A stretch of 64,000 nt of DNA. It comes from Camelus dromedarius. Its lineage: Eukaryota. Location of the stretch: contig NC_087436.1 in assembly GCF_036321535.1 (NCBI RefSeq), positions 61,134,001-61,198,000 of the forward strand. Reading direction: 5' to 3'. A model generated the notes under the pieces. The model ran no database searches. It was not told where the DNA came from and saw only the letters and a list, made by a program, of their open reading frames with translations. A program made the position numbers and the translations under genes. This document shows, in pieces, positions 27,801 to 40,356 of the stretch; the stretch's first letter is position 1, and every line of letters starts with the position of its first letter.

Positions 27801-28332
27801 AAAGAGAACAAAAAGAAGAAAGAGAGAAAAAAGACCTACAAAAGATCACTTTGGTTGTTCTTCTGTGGTTTTTTATAAATTTTGAAATTGTTTGTTCTAT
27901 TTCTGTGAGGAATATTGTGAGTATTTTGACAGGGGTTGCATTGGATCTGTAGATTGCTTTGGATAGTGTGTCCATTTTGATAATGTTGATTCTTCCAATC
28001 CAGGAGCACAAGATAGCTTTCCATTTCTTTGTATTATCTTCAATTTCCTTCATCAGTGTTTTAGAGTTTTCAGAGTATAGATAACCTCCTTGGTTAAGTT
28101 TATTTCTAGATATTTTGTTGTTTTTGATGCAAAGGAAATGTTTATGCCAGTTATAAAATTCTGGTTTTTGAAGTGGAGAAAAAACAACAACAGTGAATGA
28201 AGGGCTGCAAATGGCAAAATGTCCTTCTTTTTATGGGTGAGTTGTATTCCATTGCATATGTATGCTACATCTTTTCTATCCATTCATCTATTGATGTGCA
28301 CTTAGGATGCTTCCATATCTTGGCAATTATAA
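24880..28332. mobile_element. Rearranged L1 mosaic with fragments on both strands
   Basis: 3' end (-) 24880-25278; 3'-terminal stub (+) ~25284-25330; ORF2 C-terminus (+) ~25335-25789; 5'UTR+ORF1 (+) ~25800-27840; ORF2 middle (-) ~27842-28130; filler; ORF2 end (-) 28203-28332. Confidence 0.9.
26892..27784 (+). pseudogene. Disrupted L1 ORF1
   Basis: MRRQRSIFE..RLNEAEEWISELEDR..LWDNMKCTNIHIIG. Frameshifts after ~27305 and a TAG at the ARREW motif; ends ..LKDLL*. Confidence 0.88.
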
Positions 28333-28399
28333 TTATAATTATATATATTTTTAATAGGTAAATCTTTCATTTGATTTTCCTGCATATGCGTATGGATAT

Positions 28400-28468
28400 G
28401 GAGTAGGGAGAAGGGGGAAGGAGAGAGAGAGGGAGGGAGGGAGAGAGTGAGCGGGAGGGAGGGAGGGA
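28400..28468 (+). repeat. Polypurine (GGGA/GA)n tract with G4/triplex potential
   Basis: gggagggagggagagag..gggagggagggaggga. Confidence 0.75.
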
Positions 28469-29385
28469 CTCCAATCTAGGTTCATGACTTTCAAACCCTT
28501 AGGCCATGACCCTAAGTAAGAAGTACATTTTACCTTACCATGTAGTACACACATGCATATACACAATCAAAATGTTAAAGTTTCAGGAACTAATATGTGC
28601 TTTTACTATGTGCAATGCACTGTGATCTCTTCTTTAATGTCCTCTTCATTCTGATGCATTCCCTTTCCAAGGAAAGACAATCCGAATGTCTCTGGAGGCT
28701 CATTCTCTTTCTTTTCAGCTTAGCAGAGAGCTGGCTCAGTAGTTCTGAATCACTCTTAGGAAGAACAGGGCTGAGCTCTGGAGTAGCTGGATAGCTCCCT
28801 ATCACTCCTGGAGGCAGGAAGCTTCCCTTGCAGTTACAGGTTGCCTCTATCAATAGAAGTATGTGGTTCCCTCGCTACTGATTTCCTTGCTGTATGCATC
28901 CTGTCTGGTCAACTCATTAGGATAATGAGAGCTTGATGCTCGTATGCACACTTTGCTTTTTCTGTACTTATCAATCTTCTTCCTACAAATCCTACTTTGT
29001 ATTTACTTTGTGGGGTGCTAGGGATATGTGTTAATGACTATACATCCCTAACTCCCAGAAAACTGAGAAACACCAGAACTAGTAGGAGTGGGTGTTTTGA
29101 AAAAACTCAGCGGTATCTCTGGCTTGTGCCTCTCCACTGCCAGTGATGACAAGCCTTGTTGTAGAGCAATAAAACACTGTTTGAAGTAGGAAGGAGACTT
29201 CTTTCTGCAACCAGGTTATTTTGGCCAGAGAATGTACATATAGTGTGGAATGGGAAAAACTATGAGGGCCAGATGTTTGTGGGGATAGTCAAAGTTCATA
29301 AGCAAAACTGGGGTTTTAGAAAAAAGTTCTCCATTTTATTCTGCCACTGTAAATGCTTTGGGAAGGTACCTTGAAAATATATATG

Positions 29386-29598
29386 TCAACCTGGCATCGC
29401 AACATTGTAGGCTAGATAATTCTTTGTTGTGGGGCCTGCCCTGTGCATCATAGGATGTTTAATAGCATCCCTGGCCTCTAGCCACCACATACCAGTTGCC
29501 CCTACTCCTGCCCCCAAGTTGTGACAATCAAAACTATGTCTCCAGACATTGCCACATGTTTCCTTGGGGGCCAAAATCATCCTCAATTGAGAATCACT
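29386..29598 (+). mobile_element. MER20 (hAT-Charlie) DNA transposon
   Basis: gataattctttgttgtgggg..ccctgtgcatcataggatgttt..agcatccctggcctcta..gtgacaatcaaaa..tgtctccagacattgcc..ttgagaatcact. Confidence 0.88.
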
Positions 29599-31694
29599 TC
29601 TTTAGATGAACCCTAAACATTGTTAATGTTTTCCAGTATCCACGTCATGTTATTTTTTATGTCTGAAAGAGTTAAAACACTTCTACTCTGAACAAAATAA
29701 TGTCAAACATTTAATAGTTTTCCTACTTATTATTGATATATGAGGATATTATATTTTTATATGTAGATAGTCAACATTTTTACAGTGGCTATTGAAAATG
29801 CTGTAGACTGCTACTAAGTATAGTAGTAGTTACAACTATTCCTCCCCTTTCTTTGATTTATAGTGTCACCCAGGAGAATACTATTAGAAAGACTTACTAG
29901 GTAATGAAAAATGGAGGTTCTACTAGATATTGATTAAAGTAAGAGCAATGCTTTAGCAGTAAGTCCCATGGTTAACTCCACAACTTATTATAAATAAGCG
30001 TCAATAAAATGTATTAAGACTGGTGTTTCCAAGGTAAATGTTAATAATTTCAGAAATGAAATACAGAATAGTTCACATGGTATCATTCAGGCCACACTGT
30101 CAGTTTAGTGTCAGCTTGCCCCATTGCTTATCTTATTCTTAGCTCACTTTCCTTTTCTTCCTCTCAAACAGTGTGTACTAGGAAATGGAACATACTTGAA
30201 CCTAAACAAAACATAAGGAAGGAAAGGGAAGCAACAAGGAAAATAGTAATAATCACACCACACATTCCAAAGCTTTTGGATTCTCTGGTCTTTTGAATAA
30301 TCCTTCCTATGGTGCTTCTCTTCTAGCAGAGCGATTGCAAGCTGACTGGGGAAGGGCATTTGCCAGCCTTGGGAGAAACCCAGGATCACTCAGAATGAAA
30401 CTCAGAAAGAACAGAATGTCTTTTGTATCCAAGAAACAAACAGTAGTTAGCCTCACAGCATTTAATATACATAGTGAGGTGAAGGTTACCAGAGAAAGCT
30501 GAGAAAATACTGTAGGACTTGCCTGTGAAACCTCAATTATCAATGCTGTTTGGCTTACAGAAAAAAGAGCTAATTGTTTTTAAGCAGAACTATTTCTTTC
30601 ATTGTTCCTTCCTCATTGTCCATTTGTACTCATTTTTTGCTGCCCCTTTGCTCTATGAAACATATATATGCATGTGTGTGTACATGCATATATAGGTACA
30701 TACACACAGACATATGCACACACAATGACATTTCTGCTGGACCTGCATTTCCTTTCCTGAAAGCTATGGACATGGAAAGGGAACTCAGCCATTACACATG
30801 TTCTCTCAGCATGCGGTGAACTCTATCTTACCAAATAGCTCTTGGCCTGCATTTTGCTCACTTTTGGTATCTCTGTTACAAAAGTGAGCAGGAATTTGAA
30901 AATTCATTTCAAAATAATTTTTTAAAAAGAAGGCTTTCTATAGGAGTCACTTTTTTTCATTTTAAGAAAATTTTATACTTATTCTAGGAAAATTTGGATT
31001 TAAACAAAAGAGTGAAAAGGGAAAATGAGAAAATGGAAAAGGGGAGCACAGAAGAGAGACAGAGACAGAGAGACAGAGATACCTATATATATTCCTACCA
31101 CCCAAAGGTGGCCATCAGTAGGCTTCTGATCTACATTATTAGGACCCAGTACAATGTGTTGCAGTTGATAGCTTGTAAGGTCCATGAATAAGGAAGAAGG
31201 CCAGCCTGTATTTATTGCTGTTCCCTTGATATTTCTAGCAGAGCCTAGCACAAAGTAAGACCTCTGTAAATACTTGTTGAATATTAATAATTTTTACTTT
31301 ACTTTTATGTTACTCAAGATATGTTGGTGAATGAAGAGAACTCACTAGCAGAAACTGAAAACACGTGGGATCCTAGAATGCTGCAAGCCAGTCATTTTGG
31401 CTAAACTTCTCATTTTATAGACGAGGGACATCAAGTTCAGGATACTTTAGGAACTTGCCTAAAGTCTGTAAGTGGCAGAGACAGGAGACAGCTCAGTCCT
31501 GTACTTTCATAATCAGTCTTTTATAATCTAAGATCCTTTCAATTGAGGTTGCTTAGAAAAGTGCAGCATTATTTGTTTATTTAAAATCAGTCTTTTCAGC
31601 TTAACTTTTCAGACAAGTTTGAACATTATCTTTGAATATCTCTTTATCCTTGACAGTGCATCCTATTCACTTCCGTGGACTTAAAAAAATTTAC

Positions 31695-31802
31695 ATGATC
31701 AGGCCCCTTCCCAGATTCAAAATGTCTAGGACTTAGGCATCAATATTTTAAAATAATCTCCACAGGTGATCCTGACATTCAGTGATGTTGGGAACAATTG
31801 CT
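31695..31802. mobile_element. MER5-like fragment
   Basis: tattttaaaataatctccacaggtgatcctga..gttgggaacaattg. Confidence 0.5.
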
Positions 31803-32059
31803 CTGGATAGTATAGTTTTGTTCTTTGACAATATTTTTAGAGTTCATTTCCCACAAAGCTGAATTTGAGGCTCTTATTCCTTATGAAAGTGTCACGTCAT
31901 TATAAATATTCCTATGATTTTCTGCCAGTCTGGTAAATTATTAGTATTTAAATTTTCAGTTTATAAATGGAAACTTATATTGGTTTTTTTTGGGAAGTTA
32001 ACAAGTGTTGACTTCAAGTATCTGTTTCATTTTCCTCCTTTTTAAAATCAAAGTAGAAA

Positions 32060-32335
32060 TTTCTGTTGTTATACGTGGCTGCTCAGCAAGAGACCACAGT
32101 TCCAGCCTTTTTTTGCAGCTAGGTTTGGCCATGTGACTTAGTCTGGCCGATCGGACGTGAGAGGAAGTATTATGTATAAATTTGGGTCATACCTTTAGAA
32201 GGGAAGAAGTTTGTCCTACCCTTTCTTTCTTCCTATACCAACTCTGATACAGACTAATATGTGACAGAGAAAGAAATCTCTGTCTTGTTTAAGCCACTGT
32301 ATTTTTGTCCTTTGTTACAGCAGCTCAGCTAGTGC
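32060..32335 (+). mobile_element. Old MaLR LTR (MLT1-like), internally deleted
   Basis: gcagctaggtttggccatgtgact..cttgtttaagccactgtatttt..ttgttacagcagc. Confidence 0.65.
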
Positions 32336-33736
32336 AACAAGGCTGATAAAATCTAAATTATGGGTGATAAAAATCTAAATTATAACACTAGGCTTTGTGG
32401 ATCTCATTTCCTTTGTTTACTATCCATGACACAGCACAGCTTTCCACAGTGAGGTCCTTGTGGGCTGGGATCAAGTCTTACTCATTCTTTCTAATTCTGA
32501 AAGTCTGGCAGTGCTAGGTACACCTGTTTACTCAATAGCTGTATGTTGATGAATGCCAGTCTGCTTACACTCCAAAATAGAAAAAAGGGGATAGACAATT
32601 TCATTTCTTTTTGCCAATGGCAAAAAGTGGTAAGATCACAGAGGCACATAGTAACTGAGACTGACACTTGTTCATGAAAATCCATATTCCCTACTTCTGG
32701 AACACACATTTGGCTTACATCTCTCATCTTTCCCAGGAGTTAGATGTGGTAACATGACTGAATTCTTGATAATTCTGTTAGCAAATTCTATCTTTGAATC
32801 TCCTCATCTGCCATCACATTGTTTGCAACTCTAACTTCTGTTCGTGTTTTCTGTTTCCCTACTCATACTAACTTTCCTTGGAGTCTAACAACATCTTTGT
32901 TCTCAAAATCTACCTGATGCTTCCTCTGAATTGAGAAACACTTTTCCCTTGCTTCCTCTCAGACTATCACAATATTCCAACCATGTCCAACATTCGTCTT
33001 GCAGGTTGTATTTAAAAGGAACTATTGATTCAGAAAAGTAAGGTTGCACTAAGTGCTTGCTTTCTGCTTCAAAGTAATTTTTTAATTGTTCCTTCTTTCA
33101 GTATTGTTTTTTTTTTATATATTTCTCATTTCTAGTCTTTCTTGGGCTGCATGCCACATTTCTGGCCTCGGGAAAAGTATGCCTGAAAGAGCATAGAAAC
33201 ATCTATTATAACATTCCATTTCTTTCTGACAGCATAATGCCAGCTGCAATCTTTGTTTCTCTGTTTGTTTTTCAGTTGTCCTTAGAGTAGGAGCATTTCT
33301 ATGTTTCTCACTTGGGTGTCCTCTTCCATTGTCAGGGGCTAATTATAGCATGTGTCAGTGGAACTGAAACTAAAATATGTAACAAGTCAGTGAATGCTCA
33401 TTAATGGAATGGCAAGTGCAAAACTTGAAGCATGGACATCATTTTGAGAGCTTACTCTTTTGCAAAATAATAGAGTGATGGTGTGAGAAGGTACTCATGT
33501 TAATGTCCAAAGTTTAGTTTTGAATGTTAAGTGCTCATCAAGGTAGTCTTCAGAATACATTTTACTTGCACACAGTGTAACTTTGTCAGGGTGTGGATTT
33601 ACTTCGACTTGTTACTAATAGAAGACACCTCAGCTCTGTAGTGTGACCTATCTCAATCTAGCTATTTACGTTTCCAGTTAACTCCCAGTATATTCCTGCA
33701 TGCTTCTCTATCTACCTTTGCCTGAATACACTACCT

Positions 33737-34173
33737 ATGTTAGGGTAACACAAGCTCTTGTAACAAGTTGACCCTAAATGCATAATGGGTTCGAACACAG
33801 TAGAAGTTTATTTATTTCTCACTCACTGAAAAGTCCAAGGTTGGTGCTGCTGGTGGGCAAGAGGGCTCTCCTCCTTAAAGCCATTCATTGATTTGAACTG
33901 ATGGAGGCTCTGCTGTTTTGATCACACAGCTTCCAGAGTTGCCCTTGTCATCTTTTTTCCAGCCAGCCAGAAAGATAAAAAGGATTAAGGAGTTCACATG
34001 GGAGGTTTCTGTGGTCCAGGCCTGTCAGTCATCACTTCTGTTCATGTTCTGTTGGGTAGAATTGTTAATCATGTGGCCTCACTGACCTACAAAGGTTTTG
34101 GGAAATATAATGTGGCCACGCCCAGGAGGAAGAGGAAATGGATGTTTGTGAACAGCTGGTAGTCTCTGCCACA
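33737..34173 (-). mobile_element. Old MaLR LTR (MLT1-like)
   Basis: aacacagtagaagtttattt..tctcactcac..cccaggaggaagaggaaatgga..gtctctgccaca. Confidence 0.65.
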
Positions 34174-34369
34174 CACCCTTCTATGACTCTTTTCTTCTGC
34201 TTAAACAGCTTCTTTGCCTATCAAAAACCTTACTTAGTTTTCAAGATTTAGCCCAGAAGCAACTTACCTGTCCCAGATCCCTAGTTGCAGTGACTTGTTC
34301 TTTCTCTGTCTTCTATTTTGAATCTCTATTAGAGCCCCTATTTAATTCTACCTTGTGTTCTTTTTTAAA

Positions 34370-37300
34370 AAAAATTTTTTTAAATGAACAGTTTACAACA
34401 AAAGTAGGAGAGAGATAACAGAGATTTCTTATATATCCCTTGCCCCCACAGATGCATAGCCTCCCCCTTTATCAACATCACTCACCAGAATGGTGCATAT
34501 TTTACCAAGGATGAACCTCCATTGACAAATTATAATCATCCGAAGTCCATTGTTTATCTTAGGGTTCACTCTTGGTATTGTGCATTTCATGGATTTGGGT
34601 AAATGTGTAACAGATATCCATCATTTTAACATCATGCAGAATAATTTCACTGCCTTATAAGTCCTTTGTGGTCCACCTATTCATCCCTCCTGCACCATCC
34701 CATCCCTGGCAACGACTAATCTTTTATTGTCACCATAGTGTTGCCTTTTCCAGGATGCCACATTGTTGGAATCATGCAATGTGTAGCCTTTTCTAATTGG
34801 CTTCTTGATAATACACATTTTAAGTTTATTCTATGCCTTTTCATGGCTTGGTAACTCTTACTTTTAGTGCTGAGTAATATTCCATTGTCTGGATATACCA
34901 CAGTTTATTTATCTATTCACCTATTGAAGGCCATATTGGTTGCTTCCAAGTTTTGACAATTATGAATAAAGGTGCTATAAATGTCTGTGTGCAGATTTTT
35001 ATGTGGACATAAGTTTTCACCTCCTTTGGGTAAATACCAAGAAGTAAAATTGATGGATCATATGGTCAGAATATGTTTATATTTTAATTTTTTATTTTAA
35101 TAAACTTTTAATTTTAGAATAGTTACAGATTTACAGAAAAGTTACAGAGGTATAGAGCACTCCAGCCTGTTTTATACTCAGTTTCCCCATGGGGTTTTTT
35201 TTTTTTTTTGGTAGTAGTATGTTTAATTTTGTAAGAAACTGCCAAAACTGTCTTCCAAAGTGGCTGTGCCATTTTGTATTCCCACCTGCACTGAATCAGA
35301 GCTCCTGTTGCTCCTTATCCTCACCAGCATTTGGTGTTGTCAGTGTTCTGGATTTTGGTCATTTTAATAGATGTATCATTGTATCTCATTATAGTTTTAA
35401 TTTGTATTTCACTAATGAGAAATGATGTGGAACATCTTTTCATATACTTATTTACCATCTGTGTATCTTCTTTGGTGATGTATCCGTTAAGGTCTTCTGC
35501 GCATTTTAAAAATCAAGATGTTTGTTTTCTTATTGTTGAGTTTTAAGAGTTCTTTGTGTGTACATATATTTTTATTGAAGTATAGTCAGTTTACAGTGTA
35601 TCAATTTCTGGTGTACAGCATAGCATTTCAGTCATACATATATACACATATATTCACTTTCATGTTCTTTTTCATTATAGGTTACTGCAAGATGTTGAAT
35701 ATAGTTCCCTGTGCTATACAGAAGAAATTTTTGTTTATCTATTTTATATATAGTAGTTAATATTTGCAAATCTCCAATGTCTAATTTATCACTACCCACT
35801 CCTTTCCCCCTGGTGACCAAAAGATTGTTTACCATGTCTGTGAGTCTGTTTCTGTTTTGTAGATGAGTTCATTAGTGTCTTCTTTTTTGCTTTGTGTGTG
35901 TGTATGTTTTGTTAAAATATAGTGTCAATATTGTGTCAGTTAATGGTGTACAGCGTAGTAGTTTAGTCATACTATATATACATATATTTGTTTTCATATT
36001 CTTTTTCATTATAGGTTACTATAAGATACTGAATGTAGTTCTCTGTGTTATACACTATAAACTTGTTGTTTATCTATTTTATATATAGTAGTTAGTATCT
36101 ACAACTCTCAAATTCCCAATTTATCCCTTCCCACCCTCTTCCCTTACTGGTAACCCTAAGTTTGTTTTTTTAGATTCCACATATGAGTGATGTCATATGG
36201 TATTTTTCTCTCTCTTTCTGGCTTACTTCACTTAGAATGATGATCTCCAGGTCCATCCATGTTGATACAGGTCGCATTATTTTATTATTTTTATGGCTGA
36301 GTAGTATTCCATTGTATAAATATACCACAGCTTCTTTATCCAGTCGTATGTTGATGGACATTTAGGTTGCTTCCTTGTCTTGGCTATTGTTTATAGTGCT
36401 TCTATGCACATTGATGTGCATGTATGTTTTCAAATTAGAGTTCCCTTTGAATATATGTCTAGGTGTAGGGTTGCTATATCATATGGTAAGTCTATTTTTA
36501 GTTTTTTGAGGAATCTCCATACTATTTTCCATAACAGGTGCACTAAACTGCATTTCCACCAACAGTGTAGGAGGGTTCCCCTCTCTCCACACCCTCTCTA
36601 GCATTTGTTGTTTGTGAACTTTTTAATGATGGCTGTTCTGACTGGTGTGAGGTAATATCTCATTGTAGTTTTGCACTTCTCTGATAATTAGCAATGTTGA
36701 GCATTTTTTCATGTGCCTGTTGGCCATTTGTATGTCTTCGTTGGAGAATTGCTTGTTTAGGTCTTCTGCCCATTTTTGGATTGGGTTTTTGTTGTTGTTG
36801 TTAAGTTGTAAGAGCTGTTTATATATTCTGGAAATTAAACTTTTGTCTGTTGCATCTTTTGTAGATATTTTCTCCCATTCCATAGGTTGTTGTATGGTTT
36901 TGTTTATGGTTTCCTTTGCTGTGCAAAAGTTTGTAAGTTTAATTAGGTCCCCTTTGTTTTTTTTGTTTGTTTGTTTGTTTTTTGCTTTTGTTTCTATTGC
37001 CTGGGTAGACTGCCCTAGGAGAACATTGCTAAGATTTATGTCAGAGAATGTTTTGCCTATGTGTCCTTCTAGGAGGTTTTAGTGTCTTGTCTTACATTAA
37101 AGTCTTTAAGCCATTTTGAGTTTATCTTTGTGTATGCTATGAGGGAGCATTCTAACTTCATTGATTTACATGATGCTGTCCAGTTTTCTCAACAACACTT
37201 GCTGAAGGGGCTGTCTTTTCTCCATTGTATATTCTTGCCTCCTTTGTCAAACATTAATTGACCGTAAGTCTGTAGGTTTATTTCTAGGTCTTTATTCTTT

Positions 37301-38295
37301 GTATGTTTTGAATAACAGTCCTTTATTAGTGTCTTTTGTAAATATTTTCTCTCACTCTGTGACTTGTCTTCTCATTCTTTCTCTCTCTCCCTTTTGATCA
37401 TTCAGTATTTATTACCTAAGTTGGATATAAAAATGAACAAAATTTAGTGCAAAATATACATAAATTCCATCCCCAACATAATACAAAAAGTTTTTCCTTT
37501 GTATAATATACCTGGACCCTACTGTGCCCTATAAGACCTTATGTGGATTGGTCATGACAATTTCTCTGACTCATGCATTGCTTTCTTTCCCCCATTGTAT
37601 CCAGCTACTGGTTCTCTGCTTGTCCTTTAGGTCCACCAGGCTCATTCACTTTTAGGGCTTCTACACTTCCACTTTCCCTAGGAACTTTTTGGTTTCATTC
37701 TTTTGGTATTGTCTTTTGCAGAGTAGAAGTCTTAATTTTAATGAAGTCCAACTCATCAATTATTTCCTTCATGGACTGGGCCTTTGGTGTTTTATCTGAA
37801 AAGACGTCTCCATACACAAGGTCATCTAGGTTTTTTCCTGTACTATCTTCTAGGAGCTTTATAGTTTATTGTTTTACATTTAGGTCTGTGTTTAATTTTT
37901 GTGACGAATGTAAGGTCTGTGTCTAGATTCTTCTTTTTTTTTTTTAGCATGTGGATTTCCAGTTGTTTCACCACCATTTGTTGAAGATACTACCTTTGTT
38001 TCATTGAATTGCCTCTTCTCCTCTGCCAGAGATCAGGTGACTATATTTATGGGAGGATGTCTATTGCTGGGCACTCTATTCTCTTCCATTGATCCATCTG
38101 TCTATTTTTTTGCCAATAGCACACTGTCTTGATTACTGTAGCTTTATAATAAAGCTACTAATGTTAGGTAGTATCGCTTCTCCAACTTTGTTCTTCATCT
38201 TCAATATTGTGTAGCTACTCTGGATCTTTTGCTTTTCTATACAAATTTTAGAATCAATTTGTTGATTCTAAGTAACTTTCTAGGATTTTGATTAG
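34370..38295 (-). mobile_element. Old L1 (L1MC-like) hosting several nested insertions
   Basis: Collinear host pieces 34370-35079, 35209-35560, ~37296-37380 and 37695-38295, with an L1MC-type 3'UTR (cccttgcccccacagatgcatagcctccc). Confidence 0.8.
35565..37295 (-). mobile_element. Younger 5'-truncated L1 with a second L1 3'UTR copy nested at ~35905-36165
   Basis: Strong homology to 41400-42810; ORF2 C-terminal fragments ([21 protein letters not shown]); two 3'UTR copies. Confidence 0.88.
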
Positions 38296-39159
38296 TGGTT
38301 AGTTTTTAATATGTTGGTCTCACTCACCTGACTGGCAAGCTCCTTTAACAGGCTTGGAGTCACACACGCCTAGATTTAAATCAGCTTTGCTACTTTTTAG
38401 CTGTGATATCTTAAGTCACTTCCTCTCTTCTCCTCATTTTCTCATCTTAAAAACAGTGGTAATACTGCTAATGTTGTATTAAGGTTAGCTGAGATAACAT
38501 ACTTAAAATTTCCCATCAGGACCTTGTATATAATAGATGCACAATAAATATTAAAGCTGCTGCCTTTTGTTTCTTCCACAGTGATATTCCTTTAGTCAAT
38601 TTAAAAAAAGGTAGCTGAATTGAAGTGTAAGTCTTCACAGCATTACAGTAATAGAAGTTCAGGCTAATGGTGTGAATTCCTGGTATACATGCATGGGCAA
38701 TGGAGCCAGTACAGAAGGAGACCATTCAGAATAGCATCAATTTGTTGTCTGTATAGGTGGTCCCTAAGCTCTAGAGGACTCATCACCTGCTTAATGAGTT
38801 GTGTTAACGCTAGCCATGCTTGCAGCTGCCTCAGACAACCTCCGAGAGTTGCATCATACCACCAAGCAATGGCTGCTTTATCACAGATAAGGCCAGAGGC
38901 AGCATGCAGGGCTTAGGGCAGGGCTGTCCCTACCTGACCCACTTAACCCTCCCCCAAGGACTCCTGGGGCACTGGAATGAGAAGAGAGGGGCTACGGGGA
39001 AATTAGGTATCAAGAGAATGGCCTAAAAAGGCCTAAAAAGGAAACCAAGGAATGTAGACTTCTCACTTGATCACTCTTCTTGCATCTTCAGTTCTCCCCC
39101 AGTGGAATATTACCACTGTCAAACTGGAGTAGGGAACAAGCCTGGCCTTAGGGGCTGTG

Positions 39160-39380
39160 TGGCATAATGGTTAAGAGCAAGGCCTCAGAGCCAGAGCATT
39201 CTCAATACTTGCTTGTTGTGTGACCGCAAGTCACCAAATCTCTGTGTTACCTCAGTTTGCTCATGTGTAAGGTGGGCTTAATTACTTCATAGGGCTGTTT
39301 TTGAATTGTCTTGAGTTAATATATATAAAAGGCTTAGAATAGTGACAGTGGTAATTTCTGTGTTAAGTGTTTGTTAAATG
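39160..39380 (+). mobile_element. MIR SINE
   Basis: ggcataatggttaagagc..cctcagtttgctcatgtgtaa. Confidence 0.7.
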
Positions 39381-39990
39381 AGTATTCATATATGTACAGA
39401 GCTGGAAAACCATTTCCCTACCTTCCTCACCGTGATCCACAGCAGTATTTATTATACTTACTGAAGATGAGGAGCCTCCAAACCCTTCACCATTTACCAC
39501 AGTTGGGTTCAGACTGATTTGGTAGGTTAAATGTGCTTATGCATGTGCAAACTGAAGCCACATCTCCAGAGAGGTATTGTGGGGATGGGGTAGAATGTCG
39601 AGAGAGACTACCACAAAGAAGGCCTGAGTCTGGCTTGTCTAGGAAGACAGATTTATGAGGTTTAGAAAGGAGTAGCTTCTAGGTACAGGGTGGTGGCTGG
39701 CAGTCAAACCTGCCTGACTATTGTGACAGTGTCTTCTTGCCTTGGGGAGAAGCAAACTGTCTGTCATCTGAGAGACATATCACCCCTTTGTGGAGCGTAA
39801 TGCAGAGAGAAAGAGGTCCTTTCTTTATCACAGGGAACTGTGGAACACTCAAGGGCATTGAGGTCTGAGGAACTGGTATCTGGGGTGACCAGCAGACATG
39901 CGGATCTGAGCAGACGAGGAAGAAGATCATGCTAAGCAGTTCAGGCCTTCCGGGCCAAGTGAGGTGCTAGTGGCAGCCAGGGTGACTTCT

Positions 39991-40356
39991 TGTCACAGGT
40001 TGGGTTCTCTGGAAGCAGATGCTGAGGTAGAGTTTGGTATGCAGGATATTTATTAGGAATCGGCACCTGTGGAGGGAAAGGGCAGGAAGGGGGATGGGGC
40101 AGATAGGGAGGTTAAGCTGATGCAGGCTGGACGAAGCCTCAGTCAGCCCCATTGGGAGCCCTGGGTTGCACGTAGCCTGTCAGAATGGTGTAGCCTTTAC
40201 ATCCCTCCTCCGTTGGCCATGGGTTGTGGGTTGCCCTGTGTGCCTTTGGGTGACATGGCTGTTTGCAGCGAGGCCAAAGGAACTGATTACTGGGACAAGC
40301 CCACCCCTGAATGGGGATCTGGATGGCACATCTCCATGTCCATAAGAGTTCATACA
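39991..40356 (-). mobile_element. ERVL-type LTR (LTR16-like)
   Basis: tgtcacaggttgggttctctggaagcagatgctgag..atatttattagg. Confidence 0.65.
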
